From assembly GCA_023213395.1 (NCBI GenBank), contig CM041465.1:204049741-204113740 (forward strand): a DNA stretch of 64,000 nucleotides, given 5' to 3'. The notes under the pieces are model-generated. The model did no database searches and had not been told where the DNA came from. It worked only from the letters and a program-made list of their open reading frames with translations. The translations under genes were made by a program, and so were the position numbers. Below are positions 34,296 to 47,835 of this stretch, in pieces; position 1 is the stretch's first letter; the number at the start of each line of letters is the position of its first letter. This stretch comes from Cycas panzhihuaensis. Its lineage: Eukaryota > Plantae > Cycadophyta.

Positions 34296-37200
34296 GTAAC
34301 TTTATATCTCTAAAGTACAAAAATACAATCATGTGTGACGCTTGAACTATTGATTATTCATTATTACTTTGATAAATTTATAGATTTTTATAAACTTACA
34401 TTCAAGGTTAGAAATTCAATATGCCTCCACTAGTTTGCATAGCCATGGAATTTATGCCATATAGGAACTCAATCAATCCTTGATAAACCCAAACAGCCTC
34501 CTAAGCATGATTATTAATGCACACACATGTTTTCAAAATTTCTCAATAGCTTGGATGTTAGAACTTTCATGTTTTAGCATTAAGTCTTGACCATGTAAAT
34601 ATTTATTCTGGCATTTTATGCTTTATGCTAAAGTGCTCTTTTGCATATTTTTAAAACGTCACTTTTCCACTTTTGTCTTTAGTGACTTGACACATGTTTT
34701 ATGTGAATAAGTCAACATGTTCATAGGTGACACTTGTCACCATCCTTTAAACCTAAAAAGGAGTGTTCTATTCAAACTTCTCTTCTCTTTTAGATTTATG
34801 ACCTATGTCACAATCCTATAGATAGAAACTTCTATATAATAAGAGCTCCCTCTCATGTAATTTATTGTAGTTTGTGAGTTTACTGTTATGTTGTTGAAGC
34901 ATTTCTAATAGGATGGAGTGTAGAGCAATTCTCTTCCTTTTCCATCTTGTGTTATGTATTTTATGCTTGCATTTCTCAAACTTTATAATGAGAATTTTAT
35001 CATTTCACGTTGAGACGTTGTCCCTTTATTCTCTTCAATAGATCCTGTTATGTTAATTTTCTTAGTTTGGTATCACGGTGGTGTTGAGGAGTTAAAGAAG
35101 GCAAGTGATCTCTATGCTTTGGTGACAACCTTCACCCTATGGAGATGATGCAAACGAAGATCTCTCTCAATTTTCTATTCAATACTCTAGTTTCAGAAAT
35201 AATTTTTGAAATTTTTTTAATGTTGAAGAGCTTTGTTCTCACATATTTCTAACAAGTTTTGAGAACTTCATTTTAAAATTTTTTAACAAACTTTGAGAGG
35301 GTGTTGTTGACAAATTTTATATTGATTTTGAAAAATTCTTTCACAAATTTTTGAGGTAGTTACATATTAACCAAATTGTGTCTTGTGTTCTTAGTTTTCT
35401 AAAACTTTTGCATAAAAAATTGCAGCTTTGCAATTTGCATATGCAAACACAAAAATTTACTTTTCAATTATTAATTTATTGCAAATTTTTCTTTTCTTCA
35501 CAAAAACAAAAAATTTATATGCATAAATGCAATTATTCCTCATGTATCAATAATAATAACATTTTTTTTTTTTGTGATACATATATACACTTCTTGAGTG
35601 CAAGTTCTATGTTTTTAAAGCATTAAAAAATATGATAATAATAATGATAATAATAATACAAAGCAAAGAAAACCCTGGCTCCCTTCCTATCTGCACACTA
35701 AGTGGAAAAGTTTTTGGTAGCAAATTTGCATGCCACTTGATGATTAATCTCTAAGAAACTGATCTGACAACCCTGCGTGGAGATCTAGCAACTCCTACAA
35801 GTGTTTTTCTCCTCTTGGCGACTCTGCTAAGTTTGACAGCTGCTGGCAATGTCTCTGTGGAGCTAGTGCTTGCCCAGCAGGCTCCTGCAATTAGGTTTTA
35901 ATCTGGGCGTCTTACAAGCCTGGGCGTATATCTTGCAGACTACACAGCCCTGGCAGCTCTCACATGGACCTGCGCACCTATTATACCCCAAGCGAACACC
36001 TGTTAGTACGTTGGCCAGCTCTCATTTCACATTTTCAAGTCCCGGATCCTTGCCGAACTGGGTGCATTGAACTGCAGCAGTTCTTTAGCGGGCCCCATCC
36101 GCCTCTCCACGTCATGCGATCTTCGTGTCACTCCCTGCACACTGCCCGAGCAGTGACGATACCATCTTACGAAGGCTTCCCACTCACATTTGAACACAAA
36201 TATATCACGATTTCATGCAGATATCCACCTGAAAGTCGCCCGCCGCCATCACAAACATTTTGAAGAAAATTTCGTTATTTTTAAATGTTTTAATGTTAAA
36301 AAATATTACGTTATACATTGAAGATACACCGGTGTATATATATATTTTTTTTTTCTTTTATTAAGTTTATGAAGTTCAAAGCTGAGTTTAAACTTACTAG
36401 AATCACTATATTTCGTCGCTAAATGGATGATTAAAGCATTGTACTCTCACAAATTTAAGCTCATTAAATGATTAAATTACTCATTGAGCTCTTAATATGG
36501 TGATCTAAAACATGACAGGTGTCACTTTAAAACTTTATATATATCACTAAAATTAATAAAATAATTAATTTTTTGGTGTGTCAGGATTATTTTTTATTCT
36601 AAATGTTTTTTTTTTTTGTTCATATTAGCTTTACAAAGTACCTCTTTAAAGTATTAAAATCTTGTATTTTGTGCTATTAAAAGTATTATTTAAGAATATA
36701 GTTATGTTTATTGTTGCATTTATTCTCAATTGAGCAAGTCGCTTTGATTATTTGTAACACATCAATAATTTTTTTAACTGTATCAAACATCTTTCAAAAC
36801 CTATTTTAAGCAGTATTAAAACCCGCTTAAATCCACCTTAAAAAAAAAAAAAAAATCAAAGTCTTAAATTTAGTATATTCTTTAAGGGACGAACCAATCA
36901 TACGGCTAATGCACGATAATCAAGACAAAAGTGAGAAGGCTCAAAAATGATATTATCAATGCTGTGAATGTTAAAGAAAACACAGTATGCTATGCAAATC
37001 AACCCTACTTCAATTGTTCTAAGTTTGATTACTCAGTCAACATCTAATCTTGTAATCTAATTGAACAACTTGTGAGTGAAGCCCTTCATTCAATCTTCAT
37101 AATTTTTAGCCTAGTACTCAATAATTTAAGATATTGAGTGAAGCTTAGATAGCATAGATCAACAGTTTCCAAGTTCATTTCTCAATTACAATACTTAATC

Positions 37201-39211
37201 ATAGATACTCAAATGCTTAATGCAAACACAGTTAAGATCACAAGTGCTAAAAACTACTTGACATGGAAACAACAAGCAAAGAACTTGCTCATTATGAATG
37301 AATTATGAAGTTATGTGTCTGACATCATCGCTAAACCTAAACCAATACCAGATCCAAAAAATCTGAACACACTGATTCCTGTTGATCTAATTGCCCTTCT
37401 TACTTTCAAAGCAAATGATGAAGTTGCACTTGCTTTTATTCATTTGTCTGTGAATTATAATGTTAATCATAATATTGAATGTACAACTACATCTAAACAA
37501 GCTTGGGATATAATTATTTCCTTATATAAAAAAAGAGATGATGTTCAAATTGTGATGTATAAAGCTGAACTGTTTAGCTTATAATTTGTTAGGCCCATGG
37601 TGATTTATTTATATTTTCTAAACACTATAAGCAATCAACTAACAACTCTTGAAAAGCTAGTGTTGAATGAAGACTTGATTACTGCAATAATTCACGCTCT
37701 TCGAAAAGAGTACAATAACTTCACTTCGAACATCTCTCAAAACAACACTTTGTCAATTGTAACTTTTAATGAGTTTGAAAGATTATTGCTACAAGAGGAG
37801 GAAATCTACTCACAACAAAATGAGGCAAGCACTTCAAGTGTTTTCACAACCAAATATAAAGGGAAGCAACCATTTCAACTCAAGCAAAATGTTTAAAAAA
37901 ATTTGGCAATCTTGATATCAATCTTAACAAATCAAACATTGTCATATGTCATTATTGTTGCAAAGTCAACGACATTCAACCTGAATGCAAGAAGAAGTTG
38001 AGTGACAACAACAGTAGCAACAGTATCAACATCAACAACAATATCAGCATCAACCCTTGCAAGGACCAACTTGAGGTGCATTCTGAGGTGGTCATCGTGG
38101 CAATCTAGGCGGGGGGGAGTGCAATTCGTGGTAGCTATCAAGGCCACACAACACAGCATGCTCAGAGTGATAAGCTCTTTTGTGCTTACAACAATTGTTA
38201 AAAATGATAACATCTGGGTTGCCGGTGCAAATGCATCACGTCACATGATAGCTGATGCTAATTTATTGACTAATGACCTTAAGGGACGTCACTATAAAAA
38301 ATTTAGGTGTTGGTACAATTGTACCTCTTAATGATCAGGACCCTGCTCCTACATTTCTAGTGGTAATGTGTTTTTAGTATTAGAAATATTTAAAAACCTG
38401 CTCTCTATTAGTCAGCTTAACAAACAATAGTTGAGTATACCATTTAAAGACAGGAAATGTATCATTCAAGACAAAGCAAATCAAATTGTTACTATTGGTC
38501 ATAAGGATCATGGCCTCTACAAATTAAATGCAACAATTGGCAAATCCCATGCCTTAATCTCACATTCTCCTAATAAAAGTCAACTATGGCATGAAAGACT
38601 AGGTCACTTGAACCTAAACAACATTAGACTAATGTATAGATGGAACCTGGTGTATAGCTTACCCAAAATCTCAGTGGTAGTTCCCTATGCGAAGATTGTC
38701 ATATGGGCAAACAACATCGGGAACCTTTTCAGAAAGGCTAGGCCTAGAGAACACAACACTTATTATAGTTAGTTCATTCAAACATTTGTGGACCCATGTC
38801 CACACAGTCACTTGGTGGAGCTTTATTTTTCATCACCTTTGTTGATGATTACTCACACAAAGTGTGGGTTTATTTTCTTAAAAACAAATCAAAAGCATTT
38901 AACAAGTTTAAATAATTTAAACTTGTAGTGAAAAATAAGTCAGACATGTGAATCAAAACAGTTTGCTCCGACAACAGCGGTGAATACACATCCAAGGATT
39001 TCAATCAATTTTGTATTTAGAACGACATCAAACGCCAATTTTTTGCCCCTTATACACCTTAGCAAAATGGTGTGACAGAAAAAATGAACAAAACTCTTGT
39101 AAGGCAAAGACCATGATGCATGCACAAGGCCTCACTCAATTATATTAAGCAAAAATAGTCCACACTACTACTTACTTATCAAATCAGAGTTCCACTACAA
39201 TAGTCTACAAC

Positions 39212-42200
39212 TGTTGGATGTAATGTTTTATCTAGAGACCCACTTTGTATGTAACTTAAGACACTCACCACTTGGACACGTGTCAATTAGACATGTAGTG
39301 GTTACATTTAGTTCCAAAGGAGTTACAACTCCAACTTGTATAAATTTCCATTTAGTTGATCAATAAGCATTGAAGCATTCAATTCTGTTCATCTCTGTCT
39401 TAGAATTCTATCATGGTATCAAAGCAGGTCATCCTGTCTGATTAAGAGAGGGTTGTGCCAGTGATTCAAGTTGTTTCCAAGCAAGATAGAGGTAGAGTAA
39501 CTATGTGAAAGATTGAAGAAGTCCATAAGGCAAGGAGGAGGTAGCTGAAGCCTAGTCCAGAATCAAAACAAAGAAGAGAAGAATTTTGGCGTATGCGGAC
39601 CGCGATGACGAAACCGTCTGGACTGTCTGAACAAAAAATTGAAGTGCTCAGAATGAGCTGAAATTTGGCCAGAAGGTAGATCAGACCATCCTCGTCATCT
39701 TTCTCTACTGGCACAAAGTCATCAGGAGTCATTTTGAAGGGGTTTTACCCAATTTTCATAAGGGCGCGGGTCTAGAGACATAGGTACCCAAAATCCTCAA
39801 TTTTCCCTCGATTTTCTCTCTGAAAACGTTCATAAACTCTCTGTATACTCTGTACGGATCCATTGTGACTGATTTTGACCGATTTAAATGAGTGATTTGA
39901 TTGATATGAGCATTTTTTTCAAAAAAACCTAACCGCCAAGATTACTTTTCAGACTGTTTTTCTCCCAAACCAGGGACTGTCTCAGAAAAATAATTTCAGA
40001 TCTGGAATCCTCTCGTCACCAGCTTTCTTTTGAGGTATAGTTTGCCTTCATCCGTACACCTTCCGTACTGTACGGAAATCCGTACTATTGTATGGCCTAG
40101 GACGTCTACAACTTGTTTTTTGTGTCCATAATGTCTTCTTCTATCTTGGCTCTCTCTCTGATTCAGACAAGCTCACTAACAACAACTACCATATATGAAA
40201 AATCAAAATAGAAACCCTTCTAAGAGCCAAAAATGCTTGGCAAATAACTCTTGAAAAGGAAGACAAGCCCAAAACAGTTGGGGCAGATCTAACAAGCTGG
40301 GAAGAATAGGATAGTGCTGGAGTAATAGTGCTTAAGTTATCCATTTCTGACCCGCTATTCGTGTATGTGGAAAACTTAACCACTACTGCTGAAATCTGGA
40401 AGTGCTTTGAGAAATTGTATGGTCAAAAGAATAAAGCTCGAATAGTGGCACTCAAGGAGGAATTATTCAAAATATACATGAAAGAAACTGAAATTGTGAC
40501 TGAATTCATGCACAAAGTCATATCCTTACGGAATGATCTACTTAGTGCAAGCTCTGCAATTCGATTACGAATCAGTTGAAATGGTAGCCAGTAAATTGCC
40601 TAAATCCTTCGATGTCACAATTAACACTATTACAAATAATGATCAAATAGCAACAATGACATTGGACACACTCACAGGACTACTCCTGAGGCAGGAACAA
40701 AGAAATAGAAGATATGAAGACTCTGCAGAACTTGAAGATGCCTTTGTATCTAGACTAAATCTGAGAACCAGAGGAAGAAGCAGAGGACGAGGAAGGGCTC
40801 TAGAGTTCAGAGCCCAGTCACGAGGAAGATGGCAAGATTCGCGAGGAAGAGGACGCATCTCAGCACCAAGACTGTGCTACACGTGGTAAGACCGGTCATT
40901 TTGCAAGTTCCTATAGAGCATTTGATCTGTGTTATCATTGTGGCCGAGCACGACACTTTCTATACCAATGCCCAACTAGGAGAGTTGACATTCAGAAAGG
41001 TAAAAGACCCATGGGCAATTACAGCAAGGAACAAAATGAAGAAGAAGAGGAGGAGACCACATTCATCGTTGCTCTTGCCGCATCTCTCCAAGACAAAGAC
41101 GTGTGGTACATCGACTTAGGAGCATAGCGTCACATGACCAGCCGGGAGGAGTGGTTCGAAACCTTGCAGACTTATGCCTCAGACAAATCTGTGGAGCTAG
41201 GGGACAAATATCCCCTCAACATCAAGGGTGTAGGAACCATTGCTGTAGAACTGCAAGGTAGCATCAAAAAAATTGGAAATGTGTTGTTAGTTCCTGACAT
41301 AAAGTTGAATCTTACATACGTATCCCAACTTGGAAAAAAGGGTCTGAGAATTGTCTTTGATGAAAAAGGATATTGTTATATCCTTGACATGAAAAATAAT
41401 GGCCATGTAATTGCAAAGGGGATAAAAAGTAATGACCTGTATAGGTTGCTTTCGTATCCTGTCCTACCTGTTGTAAAAGCATGCACTGTTGTAAATCATA
41501 ATGACAAAATGTGGCATTTCAAGTATGGACACCTTCCATTAGACAAATTAAAAAAAATGAAAAAAGAAGGTTTAGTTGATGGACTCCCATCAATCACTTC
41601 AGATAATTTTGTATGTAAAAGTTGCCAATCAGGGAATCAACAAAGATTGCCCTTCAAGGAAAGCAAATGGCAAGCCCAAAAGAAACTAGAACTCATTCAC
41701 ACTGATATATGAGGACCGCTCACTCCGCACTCCATCAACGGATGCAGATACTTTCTCACCTTCATAGATGATATGACAAGGAAAATCTGGGTCTTTTTTT
41801 TGTATAATAAGTCTGAAGTATATGCAACATTCAAAGAGTTCAAAGCAGAAGTTGAACTAGAGTCGGAAGAAAAAATCAAATACATACGATCAGATGGGGG
41901 AGGTGAATACATTTCAAAAGAATTCCTAGAATATTGCAAAGTCAATGGAATTCGAAGATAGATCACCACTCCCTATACACCTCAATCCAATGTGGTGGCA
42001 GAAAGGAAGAACAGAGTGATCATGGAAATGGCTCATAGTATGGTGCATGGGAAGGGAGTCCCAAAGAATTCTTGGGCGAGGCGATAAACCGCATGTTACT
42101 TACTGAATAGGATCCCAACCAAAGCCGTAGAACATCTTACACCTGAAGAAGCCTGGACAGGAAAAAAAAACAAATGTTAGCCTTCTAAAAGTATTTGGCA

Positions 42201-44404
42201 GTCAAGCCTTTGTACACATACCAAACAAAAGAAGAACCAAGATGGACTCGAAAAGCATAGAGTGTATCATGATTGGATACAGTAAAAACTCTAAAGCCTA
42301 CAAGTGCATGGATCCCAAGACAAACAAGATCTATGCAAGTCGTGATGTTGTGTTCAACGAAGATAGTGATGAAGAGCTTAGCAAGCAAATCCAAGTAATA
42401 GAGGGACATTCTCAGAACATTCTTCAAGAACCACCTGAAGAAGAACCTAGAGAAGGATCTGAAATTACCTTTGAAGATCTTCCAGAAGAAACTCAGGAAA
42501 GTCACCCTACTTCGGAAAATGAGGAAACATTTCCAGATGAACCCAAGGCAGTTGAAACAGAAAAAGAAAAAAGGCTTCCCAAATGGTATCTCAAAACCAT
42601 TGAGGAAAGAAAGGAAGACATCTTACCACACAGGACAAGAAGCCAAAACCCAAGGGCTCTATACAGCCATTTGGAACCACAGTCATATACAGAAGCTAAA
42701 GAACACTCAGTTTGGAGAAATGCCATGAATTCCGAATTAGACTCTATCATCAAGAATCAAACTTGGGATTTAGTAGAATTACCATCAAATAAAGCAGTGG
42801 TAAATTGCAGATGGATCTACAAAATAAAGGAAGGAGCAAATGGGAAAGTGGAAAAATATAAGGCCAGGTTAGTTGCTAAGGGATACACTCAAACAACTGG
42901 GGTGGACTATGATGAAACCTTCTCACCGATGGCGAAACTCGACCTTGTGAGAGCGAATTGCTATAACAGCTCAAAAAAATTGGAATGTGTACCAATTAAA
43001 TGTCAAAAGTGCATTTCTAAATGGAGAGATCAAGGAAGAAGTCTATATGGCCCAGCCTGAAGGATACGTCAAGCAGGGTCAGGAACACTTGGTCTACAAA
43101 TTAAAGAAAGCTCTATATGGTCTAAAGCAAGCTCCTCGTGCTTGGTATGCCAAACTTGATGAATACCTATATGAAAATGGGTTCAGCAGGTGCAGCTCAG
43201 ACTCAAGCTTATATGTAAAAGGTATGAACGAAGCTGTCACAATTCTGGTTGTATATGTTGATGACATGATACTTACAGGTGATGATGTTGAATCTATAAG
43301 TGACATAAAACATCAATTGGAGAGGAAGTTTGAAATGACCGACCTAGGTCCTCTCAACTATTACCTAGGAATCCAAGTAGAACAACAGGACATTGCATTC
43401 ACCTTATGTCAGACCAAATACATCAAAGATTTGTTAGCAAAGTTCAAAATGGAAGAGTGCAATCCATGCAACACACCCATGGAAATCAATTGCAACATGA
43501 TACCAGACGAAGAAGAGTCTCACATCAATGCCACATTGTACAGGCAACTTGTTGGGAGTCTCGTCTATCTGACAGCAACTAGCCCAGACATTGCTTATTC
43601 TGTGGGATTAATATCTAGATACATGCATGAACCAAGACAAAGACATTGGCAAGCAGCAAAGAAGATACTAAGGTATCTGAAGGGAACGACAGAACTAAAG
43701 TTGACATATCCAAAGGAGAATACATTTCGATTAATTGGATCGTGACTCAGTTAGGCGGTGACAAGGAACAAAGAAAATCCACCAGCGGACATTGCTTCTT
43801 CCTTGGATTAGCTCCTATCTCCTAGAGCAGTAAAAAACAAGCCACTGTGGCCCTATCATCCATGAGCAGTACAAGTTAGTATCGATTGCCACCACAGAAG
43901 CAGTTTGGCTGAGGCAACTTCTTCAGGATCTAAATCCGTCTCAACAAGAAGCCACCATACTCCATTGTGACAATCAAAGTGCAATCAAGATTGTAAAGAA
44001 CCCAATACTACATGCCAGAACAAAACACATTGAGGTGCATCAACACTTCAGCCGAGAAAAGATTCAAAGTAAGGAAATCAATCTTGTGTACTGCCCAACT
44101 TCAGATCAAGTGGCTGACATTCTGACCAAGCCTCTGGGCAAAGACAATTTTCAAATTCTCAGAGACAAAATAGGATTAACCAGATAAAACATTAAGAGAG
44201 GGTGTTGGATATAATGTTTTATCTAGAGACCCACTTTGTATGTAACTTAAGACACTCACCACTTGGACGCGTGTTAGTTAGACATGTAGCGGTTACATTT
44301 AGTTCCAAAGGAATTACAACTCCAACTTGTATAAATTTCCATTTAGTTGATTAATAAGCATTGAAGCATTCAATTATGTTCATCTGTGTCTTAGAATTCT
44401 ATCA
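39212..44404 (+). mobile_element. Ty1/Copia element D, full length
   Basis: 202-bp LTRs 39212-39413 and 44203-44404 (9 mismatches by my count). TSD ACAAC at 39207-39211 and 44405-44409. PBS TGGTATCAAAGC at 39414; PPT AAGAGAGGG 44194-44202. Confidence 0.97.
40131..44187 (+). pseudogene. gag-pol of Copia D (disrupted)
   Basis: gag with RGRG-rich region and zinc knuckles; protease (WYIDLGA*RHMT); pre-integrase; integrase (RSDGGGEY); RT ([26 protein letters not shown]); RNase H. Confidence 0.92.
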
Positions 44405-47233
44405 ACAACAAGACACCTGAGAAGGCATGGACTATCCAGAAATCTGCGGTCAACCATCTTTGCACTTTCGGGTGCATGACTTATATGAATATTTCCCAAG
44501 AGTACAGAGGTAAATTTCATAACAAGAGTCTCAAATGCATCTTTCTTAGATATGCTACAAACATGAAAACCTATAGACTATATGATTCTATTAGTAAAAA
44601 GATACACATCTCTCAAGACGACGTCTTTACAGAAGACAATAGGAAATTGAACCTTAGTTCCATTCTAATCTCCCTTGATAAAGGCAAAGCTATTATTGAG
44701 AATTCTGTTCCCTCAACATCTTCTACACCATGTCATTCATCAGCACCTGCTTCTCCTTCCCCGTCATCTTCCTTAATTCTTTTATCCAATCTTGGCAACA
44801 CCTACGCGATTTAGCAACCTTCACCACCACAGGACCTTGAAATAATCTTGACTTCGGCAAAAGGTAACCTAAATGGTATATGCAAACAATTGCATGTGCA
44901 CAACAGTTTAAGGCAAATGCCCATCCAAAATGTAGCCTCAAACTATTGTTAATTATGCACTTATGGTCGAAGTGCTTAGTACTCTAGAGCCTTCCACTTT
45001 TGAGGATGCATGTACAAATGAAAAGTGAAGGCATGTACAAATGAAAAGTGGTAAGTTGCAATGGATGATGAGATCCACGCTATTTATCAAGATGACACAT
45101 GGGACTCCATCGAATTGCCAAATGGCAAACATACCATCAATTGCAAATGGATCCATAAAACCAAGTTCAGATCTAGCAACATTGTTGAGCGACATAAAAC
45201 TCATCTCATTACAAAAGGATTCAAAATAGTAAGAAGGCATTGACTATGACAAAACATTTACACCTATCGCCAATATAAACACTATCAGAGTGGTTATGGC
45301 CTTAGTCACTCAATGCAAATGTCATTTGTATCAAATGGATGTCAAAGTGCCTTTCTCAATGGTGATTTGACTAAGGTGTAGCTAGAACAACCTCCTGGTT
45401 ACATTTCACACATCAATGAATATCTTATTTGTCACCTCAAAAGGGCCTTGTATGGTCTAAAACAAGCACCACATGATCGGTACTCTAAAATCGATGATTA
45501 CTTCTTGAGACATGATTTTCATCAATCCTCATCAAACTCAAACCTATACATCAAGGTTCAACACTGACACATTAATTTTGTCATTTTGTATGTTGATGAT
45601 TTAATTATCATAGGCAATAATGTAGAAATAATAGGAAGTCTTCAAGGGGACTTAAAACAAAGTTTTGAGATGACTAATCTCAGATTTCTTCAATATTTTC
45701 TTGACATGGAGATGCGGCAATAGCGAAGCAACATTTTCATATCCTAAGCCAAGTACACTTGGGACATTTTGTAATATTTCAAAATGAAGGACTGCAAATC
45801 TTCACCAACTCCTATGGAAACAAGCACAAAATTGTTTCTTGATGAGGAAGCCAAATCTATTGATTCCATCCTCTTTAAGCAGCTAATGGGTAGTCTCATT
45901 TATCTGACTAACATTGGGCCTGATATTTCATATGTTGTTGGAATTTGCTCTAGATTTATGTCTCAACCCAATCAATGACACTAGAATGTTGCAAAACATA
46001 TTCTCATATATCTTAAAGAGATATTGCAATATGGTCTCTAGTATACTCATAACAAGAACTTCACACTAGAAGGGTTCTTAAATTCTAATTAAGCAGGATG
46101 CCAAGATAGCCAAAAATCTCTATCTCAAGTTACTGTTTCAACCTCAAGTCAACAGGTGCTTCATGGAGTTGCAAGAAGCAACCAAATGTCACTCTTTCCT
46201 CCACCGAAGCATAATACAAAGCTACTATCAAAACAGCATGTGAAGCTATTTGGCTCAAATAGATTCTTGGAGAGTTTGGACTTGAACAATCACAAACAAC
46301 TCCATTGTACTATGATAATCAAAGTGTGCTCAAAATTGCCAAGAATCCTATATTTCATGCAGGAACCAAGCATGTAGAAGTACATCACCACTTCATCAGA
46401 GAAAATGTGCAAAATGGTGAGATTCACCTTGTTTATCAATCAACAAATCAACAACTTGCTGATATCTTTACCAAAGCACTTAGCAAAGAAAAGTTCGAGC
46501 ACTTTAGAGACAACCTCGAAATTTAACTTAATGTTGTACACATTCAAGGGGGGTGTTAAAACCTTCATATTTTAGCATTAAGTCTTGACCATGTACATGT
46601 TTATTTTGACACTGTATGATTTATGATAAAGTGCTCTTTTGTATATTTTTAAAATGTTACTTTTTCACTTTTATCTTTAGCAACTTATTCACATGTTTTA
46701 TATGAATAAGTTAACATGTTCATGGGTGACACTAGTCACCATCCTTTGAACCTAAGAAGTAGTGTTCTATTTAAACTTCTCTTCTCTTTTGGATTTGTGA
46801 CATGTGTCACAATCTTGTAGACAGGAACTCCTATATAATGAAAACTCCGTCTCATGTAATTCATTATAGTTTATGAGTTCAGTGTTATGTTGCTAAAGCA
46901 TTTCTGATAAGTTCTAGTGTAGAGCAATTCTCCCCCTTTTCTATCTTGTGTTATGTATTTTGTTCTTGCATTTCTCAAATTTTATAATGAGAGTTGAATC
47001 ATTTCATATTCATATGTTGTCCCTTATATTACATTCATTTTCTCACTAAAAAAGTTGGCATGTTTGCTAAATTCACATAAGACAACCATTCAAATATCTT
47101 TATTAATGGGAGAAAAGAATGAGAGTGCAAACGAGAACAGAAAAAGCAAAATAAAAGGAATGTGTGCATCATTAGTTGGAAAAAAAGTGAAGTGAAAAAA
47201 GATAATGAATGAGGAGAAAGGAAATGAAGAGAC

Positions 47234-47669
47234 CTCCAGCATACAGTTGGCCAAGGTTTCGAAAGGCATCAATGGTAGCAAGTGAAATCTGTGGAAAGCT
47301 TGTCCCAAATGCTAGCAGGGTAATATCCGCTAACGTATAGTTCCATATCCTCTCTCTCTTGACTACTTGATCACCTGTGCCAGGATCTGTCTGTAGTACT
47401 TTCCTAGTTTGTTTCACCACATTCTCCATTGAACGAAAAAAGCGAGCAGTTATGGCAGACAATCCAATAAAGCAGTAAGCAAGGCCCCAAAAGTACAGAA
47501 TTGCTCGGAATCCATTGCCCAGGGTGGTTTCAGGATAAAACCAAATATAGTTTTCACATTTATGTCCTGTCAAAGTCGCTGACTTCTCTGTAATGAGTCT
47601 CAAAACAAGGCCTACTTGACAGGGCCTTCCTTTTCCATCTGAATCACAAATTTTATGAATTAAATCCAT
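47234..47669 (-). CDS. MHX: Magnesium/proton exchanger, first coding exon (partial gene)
   Basis: [49 protein letters not shown]...[38 protein letters not shown] matches the plant MHX N-terminus and alpha-1 repeat. Acceptor TTTTTGCAG at 47679-47678, 8 nt before the ATG; donor GGAG|GT at 47233-47232; no stops. Confidence 0.93.
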
Positions 47670-47677
47670 TGCAACCC

Positions 47678-47835
47678 CTGCAAAAACAACTTAAATCTGT
47701 GAATTTCAAGAAGATGAAACCATCATTGAATGCTAAACAGAAAATATATTAGCATCTTCAATTGCAATCACTGTAAAAACAACTTTAATCTGTGAATTTC
47801 AAGGAAGCAAAACCATCATTAAGTATCAAACAGCT
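47678..47835. repeat. ~93-bp tandem duplication spanning the MHX splice acceptor
   Basis: CTGCAAAAACAACTTAAATCTGTGAATTTCAAG at 47678 and CTGTAAAAACAACTTTAATCTGTGAATTTCAAG at 47771. Confidence 0.8.

Larger units (their letters stand above)
34556..47040 (+). mobile_element. Old Ty1/Copia element C, interrupted by Copia D
   Basis: Homologous LTRs start at 34556 and 46554 (the latter after PPT AAGGGGGG). PBS-like TGGTATCACGG at 35068. gag ~37216, protease, LWHERLGHLN, integrase continuous across the insertion (NQSSTTIVYN|KTPEKAW), RT, RNase H (DNQS..HAGTKHVEVHHHFIRE). LTR 3' ends and TSD not resolved. Confidence 0.85.

Noticed and set aside
47172-47233. C-terminal [19 protein letters not shown] of the 165-aa ORF as coding
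   Set aside because: MHX similarity stops at YAGG, where a GT donor and T-rich intron begin.
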